This document shows positions 18,353 through 29,100 of a DNA stretch of 64,000 nt, piece after piece. This DNA is from a virus. Below the pieces are notes generated by a model. It worked only from the letters and a program-made list of their open reading frames with translations. It was not told the origin of the DNA and did not search any database. The stretch spans positions 3,753 to 67,752 of IMG/VR virus record IMGVR_UViG_3300036770_001978. One strand, 5' to 3'. How positions within the stretch are numbered: the stretch's first letter is position 1; each line of letters begins with the position of its first letter. Position numbers and translations under genes: made by a program.

Positions 18353-21312
18353 CCGTCATCGCTTCTGGCTTCAATTCGGCATACCCGATCTCGTGCGCGC
18401 AGGGCCGCTACGGCGAGATGATTATCGCACAGGGCTTCGGCGTCCAGCCCAAGCGATGGTCTGGTGCGGGCACGGCTACGAACGCTGGCATCGTGGCTCC
18501 CGCCAACGCGCCGACGATCACACTGAACACCACGAAGCGGTACTACGTCGCCCGAGCCGACGTTCACAAGCCCGGTGCCGTGTACAACGCCGCCCCGTCC
18601 GTGACGTTCACCGCCCCAACGTCACCTCCGACTGGCTATCGTGCAGCAAAGGCTCAGTCCTATCTGAACCAGTCGGTCGTGAGCGAACTGGTGGTGACGG
18701 ACGGCGGCAAGCACTACCCGGCTCCGCCGCCCATTGTCCTCAGTGCCACGCACGGGACGGGGGCAGTGCTGACGCCGGTCATGGACGGCACGCCCCCTGC
18801 CGCCGATTCGATCACGCACTACGAGATTCTTCAGGGACCGCCGTTCGACGACGAGACGGACTACCTGCCCAACCAGCGTACGGTCTACGACACATGGGGC
18901 GCCGTAGACATCCCGCTCAACAACGGCTCCGGCACCGTCCCGCGCACGGTATGGGTGTACCACAATGCCTGCGGTCTGGGGCCGAGCAACCTCGCCAGTT
19001 ACTACCAGATCACCACTAGCCTGCCGTACACCGTCAGTGGCGCAACTGGCTCTGGTGCGATTGCTCGGGTCAACTTCTACGGCCAGCGCATCCTGTCCAC
19101 TGAATGCACGAACAACGTGTCGTTCGTGTTCTACGCCGAGTCGTGTTTCGTGCGGTCGGTGACGGCCAAGTCGGTCGGGTCCGGGTACGACCCGAATGCG
19201 GCGGTCACGATCACCATTCCCGGCGGGGCGACCCTCGACACGACTACTGGCAACATGACCACGACGGTCCCGGCCAGCAAGTCGATCATCATCGAGGGAT
19301 ACCCGCCGGGCCACGCCAACAACACCTCGACGCCCCGCTTTGCCGTCAAGTCGATCACGATCACCAATGGCGGCAGCGGCTACGTCGTGGCCCCCGAGAT
19401 CAAGATCACCTCGTCCTCCGGGTTCGGAGCGTACGCGACCTGCAAGGTCACCAACGGAGCCATTACGTCGGTGACGCTGGAGTCGGGCGGCGGTGGCTAC
19501 AAACTCCCGCCAGCGGTCACGGCTGTCTCTGGCGGTGCGGAGGCGTTTGCCGTTGCCCGTCCGCACCTGCGTGGCAAGTACCAGTGCTACTACCGCTACG
19601 TGGACAACACGCCAGCCGCCAGCGGCGGGCCGATCCCCAGCAATCTGTCTCCTGTCTTGGAGGTGGACGCAGGCGAAGGCGCTCAGTCGATGGCCTGGAC
19701 AGTGCCCACGCCAAACAACACGGACGGCCGCACGCTCACAGTAGAGTTGTGGCGGACGACGGGCGACCAAGCCCTCATGCTCTATCGGGTCGGCACCGAA
19801 GCCACGCTCACCGATGACCTGACGGATGAGGAGGTTCGGAACCCGGATCGCGTCGGGTACGCCGCCATGCCCATCGTGCTGCCGAACGGCGACCTCAATG
19901 CGATGCGGTTCACGCCGCCTCCGAACGACAAGGCGACCGTCGTGCGATACCAGGACCGCTTCTGGTACGGCGTGGACACCAGCGGGTCCGAGCCGAACTC
20001 GATCTACTTCTCGGAGGTTGACGAGCCTGAGAGCGTTCCGGACATCAACGAACTCGTGCTCCAGCAGAACGCTCGGGACAGTGACGCCATTACGGCCCTG
20101 ATCCCATTCGGCGGCTCCATGCTCATCATGCAGTCGCGGCACGCCTACTCGCTTTCGTACAGCAAGCAACCGCTGCGGGACGCCGACGTGTCACCGATTG
20201 CCAACAGGGGATGCTCCGGCCAGCGGTGCTGGGACATTCATGCGGGCGTCTGCTATGTGCTGGATCAGTACGGCGTCTACTCGATCTCCCCGCAGGGAGA
20301 GTTCAAGGACTTGTCCGCTCCCATCGACGACATCTTCCGGACGCAGGTGGATTGGGCGCAGGGACGAAAGGCATGGAACTTCGTCCTGGTGGATGCGGTC
20401 CGCAAGGTCGTACGGGTGTTCGTGGCATTCAAGGCCGACGTATCGGCGGGGTATCCGACCCGTGCCCTGTGCTACTCCATCGACACTAATACGTGGTGGA
20501 TGGAGCGGTATCCGCAGCGGATCTCGGCTGGCACGACAGTCCCGATGTCGAATGGCGAGTATCGCTGCGTGTACGGCGCATCGAGCGGTGCCTACATGCT
20601 CGACGAAGGTCGCCTCGACGCAGCGGTCGGGGCCATCTCCACCGTGACCATCACGAACAAGGGCGCTGGCTATCGCACGCCTCCGACCGTGACCGTCTCT
20701 GGTGGCGTGGGAGCAGAACTCCAGGCTGCGATCAACGCCGAAGGGCAGGTCAGCGGCATCTGGATTCTGCATCAGGGTCACGGGTACTCCAGCGGAACGG
20801 TGACTATCTCGGCCCCCGATGATCCGAACTGCGCCGCCCCCGTCCAGGCGACGGCCACGTTCACCGCCGTCACTGGCTCCATGTTCCCGGTGTACCGCTA
20901 CAAGACTGGCAACCGGGCGTTCCCAACAGACATGACGGCAAAGGGTGGCGGCTCCGTGCAGCCGCGCGATGTCAGCCTGACCTACAAGCCGCAGTCCGCG
21001 AAGTGCGACATCGCTGCCCGCCTCTACTACAACAACTCGCCGCACGCTCGCCCCAACGTCGCCAACCGCAATCGCGGCGTCGGCTTCACGGCCAGCACCG
21101 TCGATGGGGCATGCCGCCTGGACATGGCGGCTCAGACGACGCGGACGGGGTACGACAGCGGCGTGGCGAAGGCGGCGTTTGCCAGCCGCAGCATGGACGA
21201 CATCCAGTCCTCTGATCGCCATGTGGCCGTCGAACTGATCGGTGCCCGCAAGAACGCCGATCCCGTCATTGTCTACGCCCTCGACGTGTACGGCACAGGC
21301 TCCGGAGGGTAG
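18349..21312 (+). CDS. Tail nozzle / tubular B-like protein with inserted beta-rich GxGY repeat domains
   Basis: 987 aa. DRFWY, SIYFSE, DAITALIP and RGC propeller-like motifs. Repeated ITN.G.GY...P.VT units. Confidence 0.65.
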   Translation: MTVIASGFNSAYPISCAQGRYGEMIIAQGFGVQPKRWSGAGTATNAGIVAPANAPTITLNTTKRYYVARADVHKPGAVYNAAPSVTFTAPTSPPTGYRAAKAQSYLNQSVVSELVVTDGGKHYPAPPPIVLSATHGTGAVLTPVMDGTPPAADSITHYEILQGPPFDDETDYLPNQRTVYDTWGAVDIPLNNGSGTVPRTVWVYHNACGLGPSNLASYYQITTSLPYTVSGATGSGAIARVNFYGQRILSTECTNNVSFVFYAESCFVRSVTAKSVGSGYDPNAAVTITIPGGATLDTTTGNMTTTVPASKSIIIEGYPPGHANNTSTPRFAVKSITITNGGSGYVVAPEIKITSSSGFGAYATCKVTNGAITSVTLESGGGGYKLPPAVTAVSGGAEAFAVARPHLRGKYQCYYRYVDNTPAASGGPIPSNLSPVLEVDAGEGAQSMAWTVPTPNNTDGRTLTVELWRTTGDQALMLYRVGTEATLTDDLTDEEVRNPDRVGYAAMPIVLPNGDLNAMRFTPPPNDKATVVRYQDRFWYGVDTSGSEPNSIYFSEVDEPESVPDINELVLQQNARDSDAITALIPFGGSMLIMQSRHAYSLSYSKQPLRDADVSPIANRGCSGQRCWDIHAGVCYVLDQYGVYSISPQGEFKDLSAPIDDIFRTQVDWAQGRKAWNFVLVDAVRKVVRVFVAFKADVSAGYPTRALCYSIDTNTWWMERYPQRISAGTTVPMSNGEYRCVYGASSGAYMLDEGRLDAAVGAISTVTITNKGAGYRTPPTVTVSGGVGAELQAAINAEGQVSGIWILHQGHGYSSGTVTISAPDDPNCAAPVQATATFTAVTGSMFPVYRYKTGNRAFPTDMTAKGGGSVQPRDVSLTYKPQSAKCDIAARLYYNNSPHARPNVANRNRGVGFTASTVDGACRLDMAAQTTRTGYDSGVAKAAFASRSMDDIQSSDRHVAVELIGARKNADPVIVYALDVYGTGSGG

Positions 21313-21316
21313 CCGC

Positions 21317-22747
21317 ATGGCCGGATTCAGCGAACAGCGGCAGCAGTTGCGGAAGGCGCTCGTGTCGGCCGGGCTGTCGCCTGACGCCGCCACGCAGATT
21401 GCCAGCATCTTGGGCAACAGCGCTCAGGAGATGCGGCACGCCGGTCCGGTGGAGATCGACAGCACGCCCGCCGACCTGCGGATGGTGACGCCCGAGAAGC
21501 GGCGTTTGCGATTCCCGAATCTCGACTTTCGCCCTGCCGACCCCGACCACCGGCAGCAGCGGACGGCCTCGTCCGAGCAGCGTCCAGAGAAAGAGCCCGA
21601 GCCGAACGTGGTTCCGATTGTGGTCCCGCAGCAGACGAACGCCCAGTTTCGGGTCGCTCCCGGCTCGATGACGGACGTGGCTGGCAATGGTCAGGCCGCA
21701 CAAGTCAACGTCCGCAACGTCGTTGCCGCCCAACCGGCCAACGGCCTGCCGCTGGCGATGCTCGATCAGCAGGCCAACCAATTCGTCGGCAAGGCTCCCC
21801 GAGCGCAGGTCGGGAACAACGACGGCACGGCTCGCCTCGACATCCAGGAGACGGGACGGGAGGTGCTGTGGAACCTCCAGATGCTCAACCGCTCCGAGTA
21901 CGACGTGGTGACGAAGGTCGAGTTCATCGACGGCAAGGGGCTGGAGATCACCTACGAGCGGATCAAGGCGTGGGACCAGCAGAAAGAGCGGGTCGATACG
22001 ATTCCCGTCATGCCGCAGACCGTCGTGACCGAGATCGTTGAAGACAAGAAGGGGCTGCGTGGCCGGAGGCGGATCATTCCGGTCTTCTCCTCTCGGGGCG
22101 ACAGCAACACCTACTTCAACACCTACCGCATAGGCACCTTCACTGGGGGCTGGCAGAGTGGCACTACCAAGTCCATCACGCAGGTGTGGCCGACATCGGA
22201 ACTGGCCGTCGATGTAATGAATCTGACGCAGGAGATTGCGGACACGGACGGCGAGAAGTACGTCCTGTTCGCGCCCCGCACGAAGGATGAGGTCACGCCC
22301 CCGCCAGCCAACCCACAAGACCCTACCGCACAGGACACACTGCGAGACGACCCGCATCCGATTGTCTCGCAGCCCCCTGCCTACAACGTCAACGGCGAAT
22401 TGATCGAGGGCGACCCGGACGGCGTTCGCGAACCGGAGGTGACGTACTACGCCATCGAGATTCAGCCTGCCACTGAATGCACGGCGTTCACGTCGCTCAA
22501 CGGCCAGACCGTAGATGAACTCACGGGATACGACGCCACTGCCCCATCCGCGCTGTCGTACTCCACGTCCGCAGAATCCGGGACGCCGTGCCTCAAGTGG
22601 CGGTCGTATCTGGTCACCGTGCTGACAGACGTGGCACTGACGGCCTACGGCCTGGAGTTCTCGCGCAAGAACCTGTACGTGCTGGCGGAGGGCGATCCGG
22701 CCGAGAATCTCATCATTCCGATTGCCGACTGCCCGACTGGGAGTTGA
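21317..22747 (+). CDS. Putative tail fibre/appendage protein
   Basis: 476 aa. Three VVT.V.....GL....R.I.V-like internal repeats. Confidence 0.5.
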   Translation: MAGFSEQRQQLRKALVSAGLSPDAATQIASILGNSAQEMRHAGPVEIDSTPADLRMVTPEKRRLRFPNLDFRPADPDHRQQRTASSEQRPEKEPEPNVVPIVVPQQTNAQFRVAPGSMTDVAGNGQAAQVNVRNVVAAQPANGLPLAMLDQQANQFVGKAPRAQVGNNDGTARLDIQETGREVLWNLQMLNRSEYDVVTKVEFIDGKGLEITYERIKAWDQQKERVDTIPVMPQTVVTEIVEDKKGLRGRRRIIPVFSSRGDSNTYFNTYRIGTFTGGWQSGTTKSITQVWPTSELAVDVMNLTQEIADTDGEKYVLFAPRTKDEVTPPPANPQDPTAQDTLRDDPHPIVSQPPAYNVNGELIEGDPDGVREPEVTYYAIEIQPATECTAFTSLNGQTVDELTGYDATAPSALSYSTSAESGTPCLKWRSYLVTVLTDVALTAYGLEFSRKNLYVLAEGDPAENLIIPIADCPTGS

Positions 22748-22749
22748 CG

Positions 22750-23529
22750 GTGCCGCTCTATCTCAACAACGGGGTGCTGCTCGTGAGGGGCGGCGGACTG
22801 GCGGCCGATGCCGCCTGCTGCTGCGAGCCTCCTTGCGAATATCGCTACATCTGTGCCGAAACCGTGTACTCGACATATCAGGGCTCGATCAACTCCGAGA
22901 CTGGCCCAAACGGAGAGGACAACAGCCTGCGAGACACCATTCCCGCCCAGCCTGCTGGCGTGATTCGCGTGACCGGCCGAAAGAAAGTGGGCGGCGAGTG
23001 GTTTGGCTGGTCGGGGTGCCCAAACGCCGCCGACGGCGTGGAGCAGGAGCGTGGCAGTTTGCCGCCAGCCGCATGCTGCCCGCAGCCCGACGAAAACTGG
23101 GACGAAACCACAATGTGGACGATTCGTCAGCAGTACCATCGACTGCGTGTGGTGGACAGTTGCGACGAGTGCGTGTCTTCGCTGTCATACACATGCGACG
23201 GCAACTGCCTAGTGGGCGTGCAGGCGACGGGGTGCGTCAACTTCTCTGCGTACACGCCACCGCAGTCCACGCAAATGCAGGCGTGCGCTGACGCTCTTGG
23301 GGTTGACCTTTGCGCCCCGCCGCCGCCAGCGTGCGAATCCTCTTGCTACTGGGTCAACTACCAGACGTATCCCTCGCAACTCCCGGCTGAGGGCGGTTGG
23401 TATCTGTACGCCAGTTATTGCACGGGCGACTGCGGGTGCTCCGACCCGTCCGCTGCGTGCGGCGCGGCACCGCCCGAATCTGAATACGGAGAGTGTGTAT
23501 CCCCGTGCAACCAAAACCCCTTCCCATGA
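22750..23529 (+). CDS. Cysteine-rich protein (possible fibre tip)
   Basis: 259 aa with about 23 Cys, including ACCCEPPC. Confidence 0.6.
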   Translation: MPLYLNNGVLLVRGGGLAADAACCCEPPCEYRYICAETVYSTYQGSINSETGPNGEDNSLRDTIPAQPAGVIRVTGRKKVGGEWFGWSGCPNAADGVEQERGSLPPAACCPQPDENWDETTMWTIRQQYHRLRVVDSCDECVSSLSYTCDGNCLVGVQATGCVNFSAYTPPQSTQMQACADALGVDLCAPPPPACESSCYWVNYQTYPSQLPAEGGWYLYASYCTGDCGCSDPSAACGAAPPESEYGECVSPCNQNPFP

Positions 23530-23933
23530 TTACTGGGCCACGATCTCTTTTTGAGGCCAGATGCCGCGAGCGTGGCTACACGCTGGAGCAGGTGCGGGAG
23601 TGCATTGTCAGCGAGGATCGCGACACCATCTTGGTAGACGAACTCCACCCTGCATACCCGAGAGCCGCCCTCCCGCCTCCGGGCGGTCCCGGCACCGAAC
23701 TCAAGAAACTCCTCCGGCTGGTCGGCATCACCGCCACCCCGACCTGCCCGTGCAACGCCCACGCCGTCCAGATGGACATCTGGGGGGCGGACGAGTGCCA
23801 GCAGCGGTTGGACGAGATCGTGGGCTGGCTGCGGGAGGAGGCGGGCCGCAGGCACCTGCCGTTCTCGGAAACCATCGCCCGACAGGTGGTACTCCTAGCC
23901 ATCCGCCGGGCCAGAAAGACCGCCGCTCACTAG
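23526..23933 (+). CDS. Hypothetical protein with CPC..C motif
   Basis: ATGA coupling. GPGTELKKLL..GITATPTCPCN..A.QMD.WG...C. Confidence 0.65.
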   Translation: MITGPRSLFEARCRERGYTLEQVRECIVSEDRDTILVDELHPAYPRAALPPPGGPGTELKKLLRLVGITATPTCPCNAHAVQMDIWGADECQQRLDEIVGWLREEAGRRHLPFSETIARQVVLLAIRRARKTAAH

Positions 23934-23941
23934 CCAATCTG

Positions 23942-23954
23942 CGGACATAAATCC
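23942..23954 (+). promoter_or_regulatory. Candidate late promoter motif CGGACATAAATCC
   Basis: Intergenic, 15 nt before ORF 23970. One of four near-copies. Confidence 0.45.
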
Positions 23955-23969
23955 GTAGAGAGGCTACGC

Positions 23970-24602
23970 ATGGCGGCATTACGGCTCCCGGATTTGCTCA
24001 CGCGCTACAGCGCCCCCAGCACGTCCTCGCAGTCCAGTTCCAGCGAGTCCTACGACTACAGCGGGCTGGACGACCTGACCAAGAAGCAGGACGCCATCGG
24101 GGCACTGCGGGACGCCAAGTTTGAGGCCAACTTCAGGGGCGACCCCAGTGCCGTCACGGCGGGCAACAAGGTCCGCGAACTCGTCAAGGCGGTTCGCTCC
24201 CACCTGCCGACCGCGACGGAGCGGGATCCAGGCCCGTCGCTGGCGCCACTCGTGCGGGTGAACTCCCGCAACAGCAGCAGCAGCAGCAGTTTTGGTGGCG
24301 GTGGCTGGGAGGGCCAGCCTGAGCCGCAGGGCCGCAACGCGGGCGGGCAGCAAGGTCCGCCGCAACTCGCCCCGCTGCCGGGCGATCAAAAGCCCCCAGC
24401 CGCAAGGCCCGCAGGCCCGCGACCACCTGCCGTCAAGCCGCCCATGAAAGACGCTCGCCTTCCTGGCTGGGCCGAAGCGGCGATGCAACGGAGGCTTGAA
24501 GAACTGAACGCTGGCATCCACAGCGAGGCCGAGTTTGATGTCAGCGATGCCCCGCTTGTTCCGGACGGGGCTGATCGTCGTTTTCGCTTCCCAATGGCGT
24601 AA
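23970..24602 (+). CDS. Hypothetical low-complexity protein (ejection module)
   Basis: GAGG RBS, Ser/Pro/Gly-rich. Confidence 0.6.
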   Translation: MAALRLPDLLTRYSAPSTSSQSSSSESYDYSGLDDLTKKQDAIGALRDAKFEANFRGDPSAVTAGNKVRELVKAVRSHLPTATERDPGPSLAPLVRVNSRNSSSSSSFGGGGWEGQPEPQGRNAGGQQGPPQLAPLPGDQKPPAARPAGPRPPAVKPPMKDARLPGWAEAAMQRRLEELNAGIHSEAEFDVSDAPLVPDGADRRFRFPMA

Positions 24603-24610
24603 GGAGTCTC

Positions 24611-24943
24611 GTGATGTACGCAGGGTCGGCTTACGGATTCAACTCGGGCGGATCCTCGCGTCAAGAGGCGTACAACTACAACCCCGTGACCGAGCAGTTG
24701 GCTCGGAACCAGCAGATGCAGGCGTACCAGCAGTCGCCTGACTATCAGCGTGAGATGTACGAGCGCGGCCTCCAGCAGCAGGAGCAGCAGCGCCGCATGT
24801 ACGACTCGCAGACGGCCCGGCAGTCGCAAGAGCGCAAGTACGGCGTCCTCGACGGCCTGATGAAGAAGATGGGGCAGGGCGACGGGGCTGGCATGCCGTC
24901 GTGGGGCTTCAGCGTCGGCAAGGGCGGCACCACGAGGTACTAA
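24611..24943 (+). CDS. Gln-rich small protein (ejection module)
   Basis: AAGGAG RBS, Gln-rich helical sequence. Confidence 0.65.
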   Translation: MMYAGSAYGFNSGGSSRQEAYNYNPVTEQLARNQQMQAYQQSPDYQREMYERGLQQQEQQRRMYDSQTARQSQERKYGVLDGLMKKMGQGDGAGMPSWGFSVGKGGTTRY

Positions 24944-24946
24944 GCC

Positions 24947-25309
24947 GTGAACGCCATCGGATTCAATCCCGGCTCCAGGCTGCTGTCTGGTCTGTCTCGC
25001 AAGGCGAGTCCGCTTGCGAAAGGACAGGCCATGCAGGCGGCGTCCGCCCTGAACATGGATCGGGAGCAGAAGAACCAGGACTTCGCCCTCAAACAGATGC
25101 AGGACGAGAGCCAGCAGCGTCAGGCAGCGGCCCGCAATTCCGCCCAGCAGGCCGCGAACGCCTCGCAGGAGCGGATGGCTGCTGGGTCCGCCCAAAACCG
25201 CTCCGTCGTGTTCGACATGGGCATGGGCTTTGACTACGCCGCCATGCAAAAGCGGCGGAATCTAAATCTCCAGCAGGCACTCCTCAATGGCATGGCGAGG
25301 GACTTCTGA
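24947..25309 (+). CDS. Gln/Ala-rich small protein (ejection module)
   Basis: GAGG RBS, TGATG coupling to the next gene. Confidence 0.65.
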   Translation: MNAIGFNPGSRLLSGLSRKASPLAKGQAMQAASALNMDREQKNQDFALKQMQDESQQRQAAARNSAQQAANASQERMAAGSAQNRSVVFDMGMGFDYAAMQKRRNLNLQQALLNGMARDF

Positions 25310-25842
25310 TGGCCGTTGGCCTCGATCCATCTCTGCCCAAGAGCAGCCCGCCTGCGTTGCGGCAGAAGCCGCAGGCGCCCATGCGGGCGAACGCTCCGCA
25401 GTACCCCATGCGGCCTCCGGCGATTGCTGACTCGGCCGTGCAGGCTGCGGTCAACAACCAGATGGCCGCAGGCTACGGCGCTCGCGAGTCCGCGCTGGCG
25501 GGCCAAGACCGTCGCGGCGTCTCTCGCGGCAAGGGTCAGCAGTACGCCGCCCAGATGGCACAGGACGCGGCGGATGCCCAAGCCAGTGCGGGTGCCGTGC
25601 AGACGGAGATGGCGGCAGCGAACGCCAATGCCGTCGCTCGCCAGACCGCCGACAGCATGCAGGCCAACGAGCGACTCGCCAATGCGGGGCTGCTTGAGGG
25701 TCTTCGCAACACGAAAGCGATGGAGCAACAGCAACGACGCGGATGGCAACAGGACTTGTACGAGGCTATCCGCAGGGGGCAGTTCGGTTTAGACCAGCAG
25801 CAACTCGACTACACGCCGCTACTTGGAAGGCTTTTTGAATGA
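25309..25842 (+). CDS. Ala/Gln-rich putative DNA-transfer protein
   Basis: Composition typical of pilot/ejection proteins. Coupled to its neighbours. Confidence 0.6.
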   Translation: MAVGLDPSLPKSSPPALRQKPQAPMRANAPQYPMRPPAIADSAVQAAVNNQMAAGYGARESALAGQDRRGVSRGKGQQYAAQMAQDAADAQASAGAVQTEMAAANANAVARQTADSMQANERLANAGLLEGLRNTKAMEQQQRRGWQQDLYEAIRRGQFGLDQQQLDYTPLLGRLFE

Positions 25843-26129
25843 AGGAGCAAGGCATGGACGCCGCTGAACTCGATCTGGAAGACCTGCCGCCGAAGGCACT
25901 TCGCAAACTCATCAAGAGCATGCTGGCGAAGGCCGGGAAGAATCCGGAAGGCAAGGACGCCGAGAAGTCGGACGAGGAGCGTGAGGCACTCACTGATCTT
26001 CACGAGCAGACCAATGGCAAGCCCGCACCGATCCCGGTGACGAAGGACGACCTGCCTCCGGAACTCTTGCAGGACGACGAGGACGAGGAGTCGGACGACG
26101 AGAAGCCCTCCAAGAAGAAGGGCAAGTAA
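25839..26129 (+). CDS. Small highly charged protein
   Basis: Coupled ORF, acidic with a Lys-rich tail. Confidence 0.6.
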   Translation: MKEQGMDAAELDLEDLPPKALRKLIKSMLAKAGKNPEGKDAEKSDEEREALTDLHEQTNGKPAPIPVTKDDLPPELLQDDEDEESDDEKPSKKKGK

Positions 26130-29100
26130 TGGCGTCTCCATCGGCACTGCGGCTGCGTCAACTCCAGCAGGCGGCGAAGGATGCCGCTGCCCGTGCTGCC
26201 ATGCAGGAGGCTGCGCTGGTCGGTCGTCGGCAGCGGAGTCTCCCGAAGCCCCGCGCCGTGCCGGTGGAAGGCGCTCCGATGTACCTGGAGCCGTCTGCTG
26301 GCGAGGTGCCGCGTGGCCCGGTGGGCGTTGGCACGACTGACACCCCGCCACTGCCTGCCGATGACGTGCTGCGGTTCAGCGAGATCGACCCGGAAGACGT
26401 GCCGGGCATGTACGAACTGCTGCGAAAGTTGGGCAACGAAGGCCCGAACGCCCTGCTGCCGGAGGAAGTGCTGGCCCTGACGCGAGCCGGTGCCGACCTC
26501 GACCTCGTAATGGCTGGGCCGATCCCGCAGTCACAGGTGCAGGCGATTCTCCGCAAGGTCGCCAATCAAGGCATCGACTCGCTGACTCCGGAGGAGATCG
26601 CTGGCCTGCGCCGGACTACGGGTACTCCGGAGTTCACTGGCCCATCCACCGCCCCGTCTCAGGAGGTCGCTCCGGCGGTGTCGGGTCGCCGCCCGTTTGC
26701 GCAGCAGGGCGCTGGCGGGCCGCTCGTGGGCGAAGACGGCAGCGTTGTGGTGCCACTGGAAGAAAACACCGACCTGTTCAAGTATCCAGACGGCACCGTC
26801 GTAGACGTTGAAGGCAACGTCATCGGGTCTGCTCCTGGCGACCTGACGGACGTTTCTTCGATGGCGGACGACCTGGAGAACTCTGCCACGCCAATCGACA
26901 CCGACGCCACCGATCCGTCTAACAACCTCACGCCGAACTTCGTCCGCCAAGACAAGGTGGACAGTCTTGCCGAGCGCATTCGTCAGGCGACCGCTCGTGC
27001 GAACGACGAGCCGATTGCTGGCCTTGCTCGACTCCAGAAGGAAGTGACCTCCCTCAGCCCGGCCGAACTGGAGGCTTTGCGTTCGCACCCGATGCTGGCG
27101 GAGGGCATTGAGTCCGTTGCCGCCAAGCGGAACCCAGAGGCCCGACAGGCCGCGATTGCCAACGCGCAGGCTCGCCTCGACTCGCTTGCTCAGATGGCTG
27201 AAGTGCGTGCTTCCGACCGGGCTGCTGGGCAGTTGCGTGCCGCTGCCGCCGCTCGCGACACGGCGGCTGCACCGCGACCGGCAGCGGAAAGCGTCATTCC
27301 GGAAGGCGACTGGAACGCACTGACATCTGCCTTCAATGCCCTGCCTGCCGAACGCAAGGCTGCTGTGCTGTCGCGCATGCCGCAGGCACGCTCGCTGGAC
27401 GGCCTGCTGGACACAAGCACCGGCGAGCCGACGTTCACGCCAAACGCACAGGCACAGTTGTCGCGTGGCATCAACGAGATGGACGATGCCCTGATTCGCC
27501 TCGACGCCGCTATGCGCTCCGGCGACGAGGCGGCGATCACGGCGGCTCGCGACACCGTGATGGACATTCAGACGCGGCCCATGCCGGAAGATGAGCGCAC
27601 GGCGATGCTGGATGCCGCCAAGCAGGCGTTCTTGCAGCGACAGCAAACCGCTGCCGCGCTTCGCAACGCCATCATCGGGACCGACCCCTTGTCTCTCATG
27701 CCTGCCCCGCGACCGGGCATCGCTCCTGGATCACGCACGCCTGTCGTGGCTACCGGCGAGGTCGAGCGGGCCGACATGCCGTCAGCGCTGGACGAAGCGG
27801 TGGCGGTCGCCAGAGATCGCGAGGAGATGCTCGGCAAGCGCGTTGCGGGCGGTGGGCTGACGGAGGCACAGCGGAAACTGATCTTTGAGGGCAAGACTAC
27901 GCCGCTGGCATTCAAGGGCGACGACACTGCGAATCCTCTTGAGGTGCGGCCGGTCCGCGAGCGACTGCCCGACACCGATGACGAGAATGCGATTCGGGCC
28001 GCACAGGAGGCGGATGCGAATCTCAAGGCCGCTCTTGATGAAATGCAGAAGGCCGAAGGCGCTCCAGCACTCGCCCGCGCCCAAAAGAAGGTGGAGGAGG
28101 CGCAGCGTGCAATCGACAAGGCATACCCGCCGCGACTCGTGCATCAAGCCACTGGCCGCGTGAGGAGCGTGCCACGCGGCATGACTTCTGCCGACGTGCC
28201 GAAGGGGTGGGTGATGGAGCGTGGGCGTGCTGCACGTCCCGACAGCAGCCTCGCCCGAGAGAGCATTCAGTCGGTGCGTGATAATTTCATCCTCACGGTC
28301 GTCGGTGGACGCCCGAAGGTTGAGTCGAACATCGACCGGGCCAGCGTCGATCTGTCGCCCAGTGAGCGCGCAGTCATGAACGACGACATGCGCCGCAGTC
28401 TCGGGGAGTCCTTCGCAACCGATGATGTTATCCCGGAGTCTCCGGATGACGACATCGTGCCGCTTGGCAAGCAGGGCAAGCGTGGCCGCATGGGAAGCAC
28501 GCAGCAGCAGAGCCGCGTGCAGGGCGCATTGCGTGGCCTGTACGGCACCCACAATCCTCTGGGACTTGCCACGCCCGGCGAAGGCCCGGAGTTGGGTCCG
28601 TTCCCGGTGTTCCGCACTGCCGAAGAAGCCGCCGACGATTTGCTGGCTGGGCAGACTGTCTTCAAGCCCGGCACGGCGTCGTACGACTACGCCCGCGAGA
28701 AACTCGCCAACGCTATCAACGACTACTACGGACCCAACAGCCTGAACACCTCCAGTCGCTCCGCCACCGGCCAGCAACTTGCGCAGGAGCAGAATGTTGA
28801 TATGCCCTCTAAGTTCAAGGGCGACCGTAAAGGCACCCGCCAGGAACCGTCTCAGGTACCTGTCGTGCAGAACACATGGCCGGAAGGGAGCATGCGGCAG
28901 TTGGCAGCGAGCGGCCCTGGACCCGCCAGAACCAACACGGCGGGTGCCGCACCGACACCAGAGCGCGACCCGTACGTGTCGGCCGCAGACTCCCCCGACC
29001 TTTCCAAGTTTCCGTCGCGCAAACGCAGCCCGTCCGTGACCTCCGCCGACCTGGAGGCCGAGCGTTTCCCTGACGAAGATGGCAAGCCGATTCGCGGCAA

